This document shows positions 26,874-35,312 of a DNA stretch of 64,000 nucleotides, in pieces. Source of the stretch: Candidatus Dormiibacterota bacterium. Lineage in GTDB: Bacteria; Chloroflexota; Dormibacteria; Aeolococcales; Aeolococcaceae. Under the pieces are notes generated by a model. The model did no database searches and was not told where the DNA came from. It worked only from the letters and a program-made list of their open reading frames with translations. A program made the translations under genes and the position numbers. The number at the start of each line of letters is the position of its first letter. The first letter of the stretch is position 1. The stretch spans positions 1,159,397 to 1,223,396 of the forward strand of contig OY970355.1 of the NCBI GenBank assembly GCA_963718525.1. Direction: 5' to 3'.

Positions 26874-27343
26874 TGGACGCTTTGCGGCGGGAGTGGGGTG
26901 CGGTGACGTTCGTGGTCACGATCCTGGTGGGCGCTATCGCCGTCGCGATCTCACTGGGAGTATCGGCCTCCCACGGGACGCCGGTGGTATCCGCGCCTCC
27001 GTGCCCGACCTATACGCCCTACGTGGTCACGCCGACGCCGGTGCCGACGGCGACGCCCAAGCCCACCGTGAGCGGCAAGCCCACTCCGACGCCGACCGCG
27101 ACCGCGACGCCGATCCCGACGCCCACCGCCACCGCGGCCCCGTTCAACCCGCAGCTGCAGGGCTGCCCGACGGCGCCGCTCCCGCCGACCGCGGCGCCGA
27201 CACCGACCCCCAAAACCAGCCCGACCGCCGTGGGGGCAACCCCCACGCCGGTGCCGACCGCGACGCCGACGCCGGTTCCCACCATCGCGCCGACCGCAAC
27301 GCCACTACCGACTGGCACGCCGACGCCCACCGCGACAACCTGA
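26873..27343 (+). CDS. Small membrane-anchored protein with a Pro/Thr-rich low-complexity repeat tail
   Basis: TGATG overlap with galU. TM VTFVVTILVGAIAVAISLGV, then about 110 aa of PTPTAT-type repeats. Confidence 0.6.
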   Translation: MDALRREWGAVTFVVTILVGAIAVAISLGVSASHGTPVVSAPPCPTYTPYVVTPTPVPTATPKPTVSGKPTPTPTATATPIPTPTATAAPFNPQLQGCPTAPLPPTAAPTPTPKTSPTAVGATPTPVPTATPTPVPTIAPTATPLPTGTPTPTATT

Positions 27344-27355
27344 TCGCCGAGCGCG

Positions 27356-27883
27356 TCAGAGGGCGAAGAGCAGCCTGTTGCCGTTCTCGGGAGTGATCGA
27401 CGAGCGCTGCAGCTCGATGTCGACCGACGGCGCATGCCCGGTATCGATGACCACGGCGATCCGCTCGGAGAGGCGCAGCCCGCCGATGCGTACGCAGTCG
27501 CGGAGGAAGGTGAACGCCATCGGGCGGACGAGATTCCAGATGTACCCGCGGACGGCCTGGGCGGTGTCCGCCGATTCCAGCAGAGTCTCACCCGCGCGCA
27601 TGCTTCGATCCTGGAACGCCAGCACGCAGACCTCGTCGGTCAGCTGTACCGGGGAGGTCCAAGAATACTGGTCGTCAGCAGCGTGCGACCCGACGATCCG
27701 ATCCTTGTCGGCGAAGAGTGCCAGGCGCTCCACGAGCAGCTGCATCGGACCGGCCGGCCCTTCGACAAAGAGGGGGATGTCGCGGAGCGGCTCGCTGCGC
27801 TCCTGTGCCGGATAGCGCGCCGAGAATCCAAGATCCTCAATGCCGCTGAAGGGCGCGGGCACCTTGATGACCAGCTCGTCCAT
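27356..27883 (-). CDS. Hypothetical protein
   Basis: 175-aa ORF with no recognisable motif. Confidence 0.45.
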   Translation of the reverse strand: MDELVIKVPAPFSGIEDLGFSARYPAQERSEPLRDIPLFVEGPAGPMQLLVERLALFADKDRIVGSHAADDQYSWTSPVQLTDEVCVLAFQDRSMRAGETLLESADTAQAVRGYIWNLVRPMAFTFLRDCVRIGGLRLSERIAVVIDTGHAPSVDIELQRSSITPENGNRLLFAL

Positions 27884-28000
27884 CAGCGAGCCTCACTCAT
27901 CAGGACTTTCACGTTGCTCATCACGACAACCCTGTGCGCGAATCTACCACAGGCATTGAGCGAATCGAGCGCGTGGAGTGATTGCTACACTCGCGCGACG

Positions 28001-29170
28001 ATGCCGGCACTCGACGACGTTCGAGTCCTCGACCTGACCAGATTGCTCCCAGGTCCGTTCTGCACCTTGATGCTCGCGGATTTCGGTGCGGACGTCGTCA
28101 AGGTTGAGGACACCACCGGCGGTGACTACATGCGCTGGATGCCGCCGCTCGTCGACGAGTACTCCGCGATGTTCCACCCGCTGAATCGCAACAAGCGTTC
28201 GCTGGCGATCGACCTCAAGCATGCACTCGGGCGTGAGGCGTTTCTCCGCCTCGCCGCCACTGCCGACGTGGTCGTCGAGAGCTTTCGCCCGGGCGTGATG
28301 GACCGTCTCGGACTGGGGTTCGCCACGCTGCACGAGGCCAATCCCAAACTGGTGCTCTGCAGCATTAGCGGTTATGGCCAGGATGGACCGTTTCGTGAGC
28401 GTGCGGGGCACGACCTCAACTATGCGGCCGTGGCCGGTGTGCTCCTGCTCGGTGGCAGTGCCGCTGAGGGTCCGGCGATGCCCGGGCTGCAGGTGGGGGA
28501 CCTCGGTGGCGGTGCGCTGGATGCCGCGCTCGCGATCATGGTCGCGCTCCATCACGCAGCTCGCACCGGGCAGGGGCAGCACTGCGACGTCTCGATGGTC
28601 GATGGGCTGATCAGCTGGACCGCGGTGCATGCTTCGCAACTCTTTGCGACGGGGGCGGTGCCGGGGCCGGGCGATGGTCTGCTGACCGGGCGCTTTCCGT
28701 GCTATCGGATCTATGCCTGCGCCGACGGGTACCTGTCGGTCGGTGCGTTGGAGCCGAAGTTCTGGCGTGAGTTCGTCGAGGTCATCGGCGTCCCCGAGCT
28801 CGCCGACAGTGGCCTCGTCGCAGGCGACGAGGGGCGCCGCGCGATCACCGCAGTCGAGGCGGTGTTGCGCACCAGGACGCGCGCGCAGTGGGAGCTGGCG
28901 CTTGCGGGACATGACGTCTGCGTCGAGCCGGTGCTCGACGTCGGCGAGACCTTCGAGCATCAGCAGGTACGCAGCCGCGCGATGCGTCTCGACGCCGGTG
29001 AGGGGAGACCGACCGCTCAGACGGGCTTCCCCATTCGGCTCATGGGCACGCCGGCCGCCTATCGCCGCGCCGCGCCCGGGTACGGGGAGCACACGGATGA
29101 GGTGCTCGCCGAGGCAGGCCTCGACACTGCGGAGCTTTCGATGCTGCGCGCGTCAGGGGTGATCAGATGA
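28001..29170 (+). CDS. CoA-transferase family III protein (CaiB/BaiF; acyl-CoA racemase/transferase-like)
   Basis: VRVLDLTRLLPGPFCTLMLADFGADVVKVE... canonical CaiB/BaiF N-terminus. ATG 28001. Confidence 0.85.
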   Translation: MPALDDVRVLDLTRLLPGPFCTLMLADFGADVVKVEDTTGGDYMRWMPPLVDEYSAMFHPLNRNKRSLAIDLKHALGREAFLRLAATADVVVESFRPGVMDRLGLGFATLHEANPKLVLCSISGYGQDGPFRERAGHDLNYAAVAGVLLLGGSAAEGPAMPGLQVGDLGGGALDAALAIMVALHHAARTGQGQHCDVSMVDGLISWTAVHASQLFATGAVPGPGDGLLTGRFPCYRIYACADGYLSVGALEPKFWREFVEVIGVPELADSGLVAGDEGRRAITAVEAVLRTRTRAQWELALAGHDVCVEPVLDVGETFEHQQVRSRAMRLDAGEGRPTAQTGFPIRLMGTPAAYRRAAPGYGEHTDEVLAEAGLDTAELSMLRASGVIR

Positions 29171-29820
29171 GCCAGGCCGGCGACGTGGCACAGGGCCCGC
29201 GCCACGCTCCCCGGAGCACCCGGAGCGCGCAGACCCGCGAGCGCATTGTCGCCGCCGCCATCGAGGTGTTCGCCCGCTCCGGCTTTCACGGCGCGAAGGT
29301 CGCCGACATCGCCGAGCAGGCGGGCATCGCGTACGGGCTTGTCTACCACTACTTTCACAACAAGGAGGACATCCTCGCGGCGATCTTCACGGAGCGCTGG
29401 GCGGAATACGTCACCTATCTCCACGACGTGGCGAGCATGGAGATCGGCTTCCGTGAACAGATGCGACGCCTCGTGCACTTCTGGGTCGAGGTCTATCGGC
29501 GCGAGCCCGGCCTGATGACCGTGATGATCAACGAGGTGACGCGCTCCTACGAGTTCCTCGAGTCCCACGACATCGGCACCGTGATGGCGGCCTTCGATGT
29601 CATCGAGCAGATCATCCGCAGCGCACGCGACCGCGGCGAGGTGGCCGCCGGCGTCGATCCTCAGCTCGCGAGCTACGTGGTCTTCGGCGCCGCCGAGATG
29701 GTCCTGAGCGGCTATGTCATCGGCACGCTGCGTCGTGACGATGCTGCGGCATTCAGCGCCGACGAGGCGCAGATGCTCGAGGTGCTCCTCGACGGTCTCG
29801 CGCCGCGCTCGTCTACCTGA
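29167..29820 (+). CDS. TetR/AcrR family transcriptional regulator
   Basis: ATGA overlap. RERIVAAAIEVFARSGFHGAKVADIAEQAGIAYGLVYHYFHNKEDIL is a TetR HTH. Confidence 0.9.
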   Translation: MSQAGDVAQGPRHAPRSTRSAQTRERIVAAAIEVFARSGFHGAKVADIAEQAGIAYGLVYHYFHNKEDILAAIFTERWAEYVTYLHDVASMEIGFREQMRRLVHFWVEVYRREPGLMTVMINEVTRSYEFLESHDIGTVMAAFDVIEQIIRSARDRGEVAAGVDPQLASYVVFGAAEMVLSGYVIGTLRRDDAAAFSADEAQMLEVLLDGLAPRSST

Positions 29821-30406
29821 CGGTGGCATCCCACCAGAGGTTGACGGCGCGAGACGTCGCATCAAAACCGCCACCGTTGTCGATGACCCACGTTGCTCTG
29901 AGCCGCTTCTCGTCGATGGGAAGCTGTGCCGCGAGCCGCTGCAACGCGGCAGTCTCGTCGAGGCCGTTGCGCTCGCGCAGCCGTAGGAGCTGCACCTCGC
30001 GCGGTGCGTAGACGAGCAGGACTCCTTCGAACATCGCTTCACGCTCGTTCTCGAAAAGCAGCGGCATGTCGACGGCGACCAGTGGCGCCGGGCCTGCCAG
30101 CGCGGCTGCAACACGCTCCTGAGTCAATTCGAAGATCCGCGGATGCGTGATCTGCTCGAGGTCGCGGCGTGCCGACGGATCCGCGAACACGACGTGACCC
30201 AGGCGTGCGCGGTCGAGCGTGCCGTCGGCCTGGATCATGTCCCCGCCAAATCGCGCGGCCACCTCGTCCAGGGTGGCCTCACCGGGGCGCACCGCCTCAC
30301 GGGCAAGCTCGTCGGCGTCGACCACGACAGCCCCGCGCTGCTCGAGCATCCGGTCGACCGTGCTCTTGCCGGTCGCGATTCCCCCGGTGATGCCGATCAG
30401 GCGCAT
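29813..30406 (-). CDS. coaE: Dephospho-CoA kinase
   Basis: MRLIGITGGIATGKSTV P-loop at the N-terminus. Confidence 0.9.
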   Translation of the reverse strand: MRLIGITGGIATGKSTVDRMLEQRGAVVVDADELAREAVRPGEATLDEVAARFGGDMIQADGTLDRARLGHVVFADPSARRDLEQITHPRIFELTQERVAAALAGPAPLVAVDMPLLFENEREAMFEGVLLVYAPREVQLLRLRERNGLDETAALQRLAAQLPIDEKRLRATWVIDNGGGFDATSRAVNLWWDATVR

Positions 30407-30447
30407 GGTCGTGGACCGTACTCCTGCAGGGCCGCCGACAGCAGCGA

Positions 30448-32049
30448 TCAGCCAGGCACCGGCGTGGCACACGAATCTCCGGACGCCCACGACGCGTCGC
30501 CGTCGACGTACAGGAGCATACCGTGGTCATCAGCGACCAGCGTCCACCCCGGTGTCGCGGCGAGCTCGTCGGTGAGCGCGCCTTTGGTGTACAGCACCGC
30601 CGTGGTGCCGCTCGACGTCAGCAATTGCAACGCCGTCGGTGTCGTCCTGGCACCGGCGGCGATGCGCAGGTACTCGTCGAACACCGCAGTCCCGAGCGAG
30701 ATCGATTCCCCGTATTCGTACACCGATGCGTGCGGCCAGATGCGGTAGATCACGTAGCCGCCGGTCCCATATGCGGTGAACACGCGCTGGGTCGTCGGGC
30801 TTCTCGCGAGCAGCGATGTCGCGCATGCGGGATACGCGGCGGCGATCCCGTGGGGCGTGGCACTCTGTGCCACCCGCACGCCAACGACACCGACACCGAA
30901 CACGCCGACCGCGATGAGCGCGATGCCCATCGCCGGCAGGTTCCTTCCCGCTCGCACCGTTTGACGCCGAGGTGCGCGCTGCGCGGCTAACGATCGCACC
31001 ACTCCGGCGGTCATCGCGATCCACGGCGGGATCATCACCGCGACGCAGATCGCCGTGTTGCGAACCGACGTGAGCGCGAGTCCGGCACCGACCACCGCAA
31101 GCGCGACGTCGCGAAGCTCGAAGTTGCCTCGCAGTGACCGGCGAGCGAGGACCGTGATCGTGAGCGCGGCAAAGGTGACCAGCAGCGCAAGCAGCACCCA
31201 CATCGCCGGGTCGGCGAAGTTCGGAGACTGCCACTCGATGATGCCCTTCTGACGCTCCGCCGCCCCCGTGGTGGCGGCGAACAGGAAGAGTTTCGGCCCG
31301 TACGGGTTGACGCATGCTGCGAGCACCGAGACACCGACGGCGCTGGCGAGGCCGGTGATGCGCCGCCGGGGAGCGACCGCGCCGATCGACCAGCGACGCT
31401 TGACCGCCTCGACCACGACGACGATCACCAGGAAGCCGATTCCCGCGATGAACCCGGCGTGCAGGTTCGCCCAGAGGAGGAACAGCGGCGGCAGCAACCA
31501 ACGCCGCCGCCCGCCAACCCGCAGGTACGATTCGGCGATCAGCAGCGTCCAGCAGACAAACGCGAACGTGAAGACCTGGGGACGGGTGCCGAGCACAGGT
31601 TCTGCGACACGAGCCCCGAGCGCGACCCCGATGGCGAGAACCACCGGCCCGGCGCCGCGCAACCGGCCTCGCAGCACGGTGGCGATCATGGCGCTCCAGG
31701 CAACGAGAGCCATCAGCACGGTCACCGCAACGAGCCCGCCCACAGCGGCGAGCGCCGCGAAGATCGTCTCGGACAGCCATTCGTGCGCCACCAGCGGATT
31801 GCCGAACGCCGTGTACGCGAACAGCTCCCCGGCGGGGACCTGATGGTGGGCGATGATCCAGTCGCCGAGGCGGATGTGCCACCAGACATCCGGGTCGCTC
31901 AAGGCGTCCAGACCGACCGCGCCCGTGAGGATCAGCACTGCGCCGAGCAGCGCTCGGCGTGGATCGGACAGCCAGGCGAGCGGACCGCGGCGAACCGGGG
32001 GTGCCCCAGGCGGGAGAGGCGGCGGAGCAACTCGGGTCAGCGTTGCCAT
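30448..32049 (-). CDS. Large polytopic integral membrane protein (hypothetical)
   Basis: More than 10 hydrophobic helices. The in-frame ATG at 32049 gives MATLTRVAPPP... Confidence 0.6.
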   Translation of the reverse strand: MATLTRVAPPPLPPGAPPVRRGPLAWLSDPRRALLGAVLILTGAVGLDALSDPDVWWHIRLGDWIIAHHQVPAGELFAYTAFGNPLVAHEWLSETIFAALAAVGGLVAVTVLMALVAWSAMIATVLRGRLRGAGPVVLAIGVALGARVAEPVLGTRPQVFTFAFVCWTLLIAESYLRVGGRRRWLLPPLFLLWANLHAGFIAGIGFLVIVVVVEAVKRRWSIGAVAPRRRITGLASAVGVSVLAACVNPYGPKLFLFAATTGAAERQKGIIEWQSPNFADPAMWVLLALLVTFAALTITVLARRSLRGNFELRDVALAVVGAGLALTSVRNTAICVAVMIPPWIAMTAGVVRSLAAQRAPRRQTVRAGRNLPAMGIALIAVGVFGVGVVGVRVAQSATPHGIAAAYPACATSLLARSPTTQRVFTAYGTGGYVIYRIWPHASVYEYGESISLGTAVFDEYLRIAAGARTTPTALQLLTSSGTTAVLYTKGALTDELAATPGWTLVADDHGMLLYVDGDASWASGDSCATPVPG

Positions 32050-32126
32050 GCGAGCGCAGCGTAGGTGTCGCGCGCTCGCGTACACCGATCGCGGCCGGCT
32101 GGCGACAGATTCGTATACTCCACGCG

Positions 32127-32636
32127 ATGTCCACCGAGACGCGGTCTCCCAAGCGCCGGCAGACGTCGGCGAGCACGAGCACGCGTCACGCGCCCGCCCC
32201 GGCTGCGAGTTACTCAGGTCATACGATCTCGTGGCGCCACTGCCTGCTCGGGCTGCTTGTCGGAGAGATCGCCCTGCTGGTGCTCAGCAACCTCGAACTC
32301 ATCGCCACCAATGCGGCGTTCGGCTCCTCGGGCAGCATCGATGGTGGCGTGGTCGGCGTTTCGACGCTCCTTGCGGTCATCGCCGGCGGCTGGCTCGCGG
32401 CGAAGCTGGCCGGCCGTGCCGGTCTGTATCAGGGGATCGTGGTCGCGATCGGCTTCATTGCCGTCGGCGCGATCTACACCTTCTTCCAGGAGTCGTCGAT
32501 CATCGCGTCATCGCTCGCGACCAACAGCCATCACCTGATCGATCTCGGGCCGATGGACCTGGGCAACCTGTTCAGCGGCGATCTGCTCGCGCTGTTCGGC
32601 GGCTCGGTGGGCGGCCTTCTGTCAGGAAAACGATAG
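32127..32636 (+). CDS. Small hypothetical membrane protein with Gly-zipper-like motifs
   Basis: ATG 32127. Helices LLGLLVGEIALLVLSNL, GVVGVSTLLAVIAGGWLAA, IVVAIGFIAVGAIY. Confidence 0.5.
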   Translation: MSTETRSPKRRQTSASTSTRHAPAPAASYSGHTISWRHCLLGLLVGEIALLVLSNLELIATNAAFGSSGSIDGGVVGVSTLLAVIAGGWLAAKLAGRAGLYQGIVVAIGFIAVGAIYTFFQESSIIASSLATNSHHLIDLGPMDLGNLFSGDLLALFGGSVGGLLSGKR

Positions 32637-32680
32637 ATCACACGCCCCGCACACCGTGGCCGCATCAGACAGGCCCCGGG

Positions 32681-33004
32681 TCAGACTCCTACGGCTCCCG
32701 CCTGCGCAGGCTGACCCGAAATCGGGACCTCGCGATAGGACTGGCCGATGAGATCAACCCGGCCCAGCGATTGGGCGAACTCGAGGCACGCGGCGCGCGT
32801 GAATCGGAGGTGCTTTCCGGGCGTATGCCAGGCGCGCAAATGACCCTGAGCGACGGCGCGACGTAGCGTCGAACGGGACACACCGCAGAGTGCCGCCGCT
32901 TCGCCAGTTGTGAGGATCTCTTCCTCGCGCTCTGCCAATTCCTCCTCCTCCAGACCGTCAGCGTAGAGAGACCCGGACACGGATCCCAAGGTGCAGTTAT
33001 ACAA
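32681..33004 (-). CDS. Helix-turn-helix DNA-binding protein (excisionase/MerR-like HTH_17)
   Basis: LTTGEAAALCGVSRSTLRRAVAQGHLRAWHTPGKHLRFTRAACLEF. Confidence 0.6.
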   Translation of the reverse strand: MYNCTLGSVSGSLYADGLEEEELAEREEEILTTGEAAALCGVSRSTLRRAVAQGHLRAWHTPGKHLRFTRAACLEFAQSLGRVDLIGQSYREVPISGQPAQAGAVGV

Positions 33005-33126
33005 CGCTTTGGATGCGACGTGTGGGTCATCCCGTTGAGTGATGCTGGGACCGTAGCGACCGAACGTATACTCCAGGCGAGGCTACCTGATGCACCAGCC
33101 CGGTTGAGAAGGCGCGAGGATCACCA

Positions 33127-34083
33127 ATGAACGTCGATGTCCAGGCAATGGCTCGGCGTCTGCAGGAGAGCCTGGGAACGGTCATCGTTGGGAAGGAAGC
33201 GGAGATCGAACTCTGCATCGTCGGGCTTCTGTGCCGCGGTCACCTTCTCATCGAGGACGTCCCGGGCACCGGCAAGACGCTCCTCGCCAAAGCTCTCGCC
33301 CGCAGCAGCGGGTGCAGCTTCGAGCGGGTCCAATTCACGCCCGACCTGCTCCCGGGCGACGTGACCGGCGTCAGCGTCTACAACCCTCAGGCGCAGACCT
33401 TCGAATTCCGGAAAGGGCCGATCTTCGCCCAGGTCCTGCTCGCGGACGAGATCAATAGAGCCACGCCGAAAACCCAATCGGCGCTGCTCGAGGCAATGGA
33501 GGAGTGGCAGGTGACCGTGGATGGCACCAGCCATCCGTTGCCGGACCCGTTCATGGTGCTGGCGACCCAGAACCCGATCGAACTGGGCGGCACCTTCCCG
33601 CTCCCGGAGGCGCAGGTCGACCGATTCCTGCTCAAGCTGCGCCTCGGTTACCTGCCTGCAGATGAGGAGGTGGCGATGCTCGACCGCTTCCAATCGGGAA
33701 GCCCCCTCGGGTCGCTCGAGCCGGTCACCGACGCGGCGGAGATCAAGGCCGCCCAGGCGGTCTGCAGGGACATCTACTGCGACGCGTCGCTCAAGGAATA
33801 CTGCGTGCGCATCGTCCGGCGGACCCGCGACCATCGCGACGTGTCGCTCGGATCGTCGCCACGTGGCACGCTGGGGTTGCTCCACGCTGGACAGGCTCGA
33901 GCTGCGCTCGCCGGACGTGACTTCGTGCTGCCGGACGACATCAAGGACATCGCCGCGAACGTGCTCGAACACCGGGTCATGCTCCGTCCGAATGCGGAGC
34001 TGCGGGGCCTCACCGCCTCAGCCGTGCTCGAGGAGGTGCTGGCGACGGAGTCGGTGCCGATGACGGGCCGGCGTCTGGCGTGA
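33127..34083 (+). CDS. MoxR-family AAA+ ATPase
   Basis: GHLLIEDVPGTGKTLLAKALA Walker A and LLADEINRATPKTQSALLEAM Walker B/sensor region. Confidence 0.9.
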   Translation: MNVDVQAMARRLQESLGTVIVGKEAEIELCIVGLLCRGHLLIEDVPGTGKTLLAKALARSSGCSFERVQFTPDLLPGDVTGVSVYNPQAQTFEFRKGPIFAQVLLADEINRATPKTQSALLEAMEEWQVTVDGTSHPLPDPFMVLATQNPIELGGTFPLPEAQVDRFLLKLRLGYLPADEEVAMLDRFQSGSPLGSLEPVTDAAEIKAAQAVCRDIYCDASLKEYCVRIVRRTRDHRDVSLGSSPRGTLGLLHAGQARAALAGRDFVLPDDIKDIAANVLEHRVMLRPNAELRGLTASAVLEEVLATESVPMTGRRLA

Positions 34084-34096
34084 CCGGCATCGCGGC

Positions 34097-35308
34097 GTGC
34101 GCCCGGAGCGCGCCGTGAACGCGCGCGTGCCGCTGATCGCCTGTGTGGCGGTGCTCGCGTTCTTTGCCGGGATCACCGGCGTCCGTCTTGCGTACACGTT
34201 GGCGTATGTGCTCGTTCTGCTCCTCGCCGTCGCCTATATCTGGTCGCGGCTGCTGGCGCGCAAGCTCCGCGTCATCCGGGAGTCGCCGCAGGGATCGTTC
34301 ATGATGGGCGAGCCGTTCGAGGAGACCTTCACCGTCAAGAACGAGAGCGGCCTGCGGCTTCCCTACTGCGAGGTGCGTGACGGCACCAAGCTTCCCGGCT
34401 ACGCGCCGGGAAGGGCGTTCGCGCTCGCTGCCGGGGGCAGCGTCACCTGGACTGCGCGGGGAATGTTCAACCTACGCGGCGTTCACCGTTTCGGCCCGCT
34501 CGAAGCGCGGCTTGGCGATCCCTTTGGTTTGTTCCCGCGGCGCATTCGCGTGGCTCCGGAGAATGAGGTCATCGTCTATCCGGCGATTCACGCGCTGCTG
34601 CACAACGTGCCGCAGTGGAGCGGCAACGGTGTCGCCGAGGCGCATCGAGGCCAGCCGGTGGACGTGCCGCCGGACGTGTCCACCATCCGCGATTACGCTC
34701 CCACCGACGGCCTGAGCAGGATCCACTGGGCGTCGACGGCGCGGACCGGCCGGTTGATCAGCCGCACATTCGACACGGGGCAGAGCGCCGACCTGCTCAT
34801 CGTCCTCGACCTGCAGCGCGGGATTCATGCGGGTTCGGGCATCGAGTCGTCCGTCGAGTACGCGATCTCCGCGTGTGCCTCGGTGGTGCACGGTGCGATC
34901 CGGCGTGGCCAGGCGGTCGGGCTCGTCACCAACTCACGCGGTGGCACCAGCTTTGGAGCCGGCCGTGGTGAGGTACAGCGGCTGCGCCTCCTCGACTTTC
35001 TCGCACTCGCGACCGACGACGGTGTCCGCGGCCTCGATGAAACCATCAAACGGCATGGCGATGGCTGGCGCGGGCGGGGCGGCATGGTCGTGATCACACC
35101 CAACCGTTCGAGCGACTGGGTCGAAGCGCTGGTAGACAGCGCGACCCGCGGCCAGCGCCACCTCTGCATCTTCATCGAGCCGACGTCGTTCGGGGCAAAG
35201 GGACAGGCGTTGCGCATCCCCGCTGCCTGGCGCCTCGCCCTCGACTGGTGGGTGATCCGTCGCGGTGACGTGCTCGGATCGGGCGAGCGCACCTCGGCCA
35301 CCGGCTGA
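34097..35308 (+). CDS. DUF58 domain protein (vWA-like MoxR partner)
   Basis: ...IRDYAPTDGLSRIHWASTARTGRLISRTFD... is the DUF58 signature. Confidence 0.8.
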   Translation: MRPERAVNARVPLIACVAVLAFFAGITGVRLAYTLAYVLVLLLAVAYIWSRLLARKLRVIRESPQGSFMMGEPFEETFTVKNESGLRLPYCEVRDGTKLPGYAPGRAFALAAGGSVTWTARGMFNLRGVHRFGPLEARLGDPFGLFPRRIRVAPENEVIVYPAIHALLHNVPQWSGNGVAEAHRGQPVDVPPDVSTIRDYAPTDGLSRIHWASTARTGRLISRTFDTGQSADLLIVLDLQRGIHAGSGIESSVEYAISACASVVHGAIRRGQAVGLVTNSRGGTSFGAGRGEVQRLRLLDFLALATDDGVRGLDETIKRHGDGWRGRGGMVVITPNRSSDWVEALVDSATRGQRHLCIFIEPTSFGAKGQALRIPAAWRLALDWWVIRRGDVLGSGERTSATG

Positions 35309-35312
35309 CCGC

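Noticed and set aside
30530-32182. 550-aa minus ORF overlapping ORF 30448..32085
   Set aside because: Alternative frame of the same region. The 30448..32049 frame encodes a coherent polytopic membrane protein, whereas this frame is Arg/Gly-rich with no hydrophobic structure.
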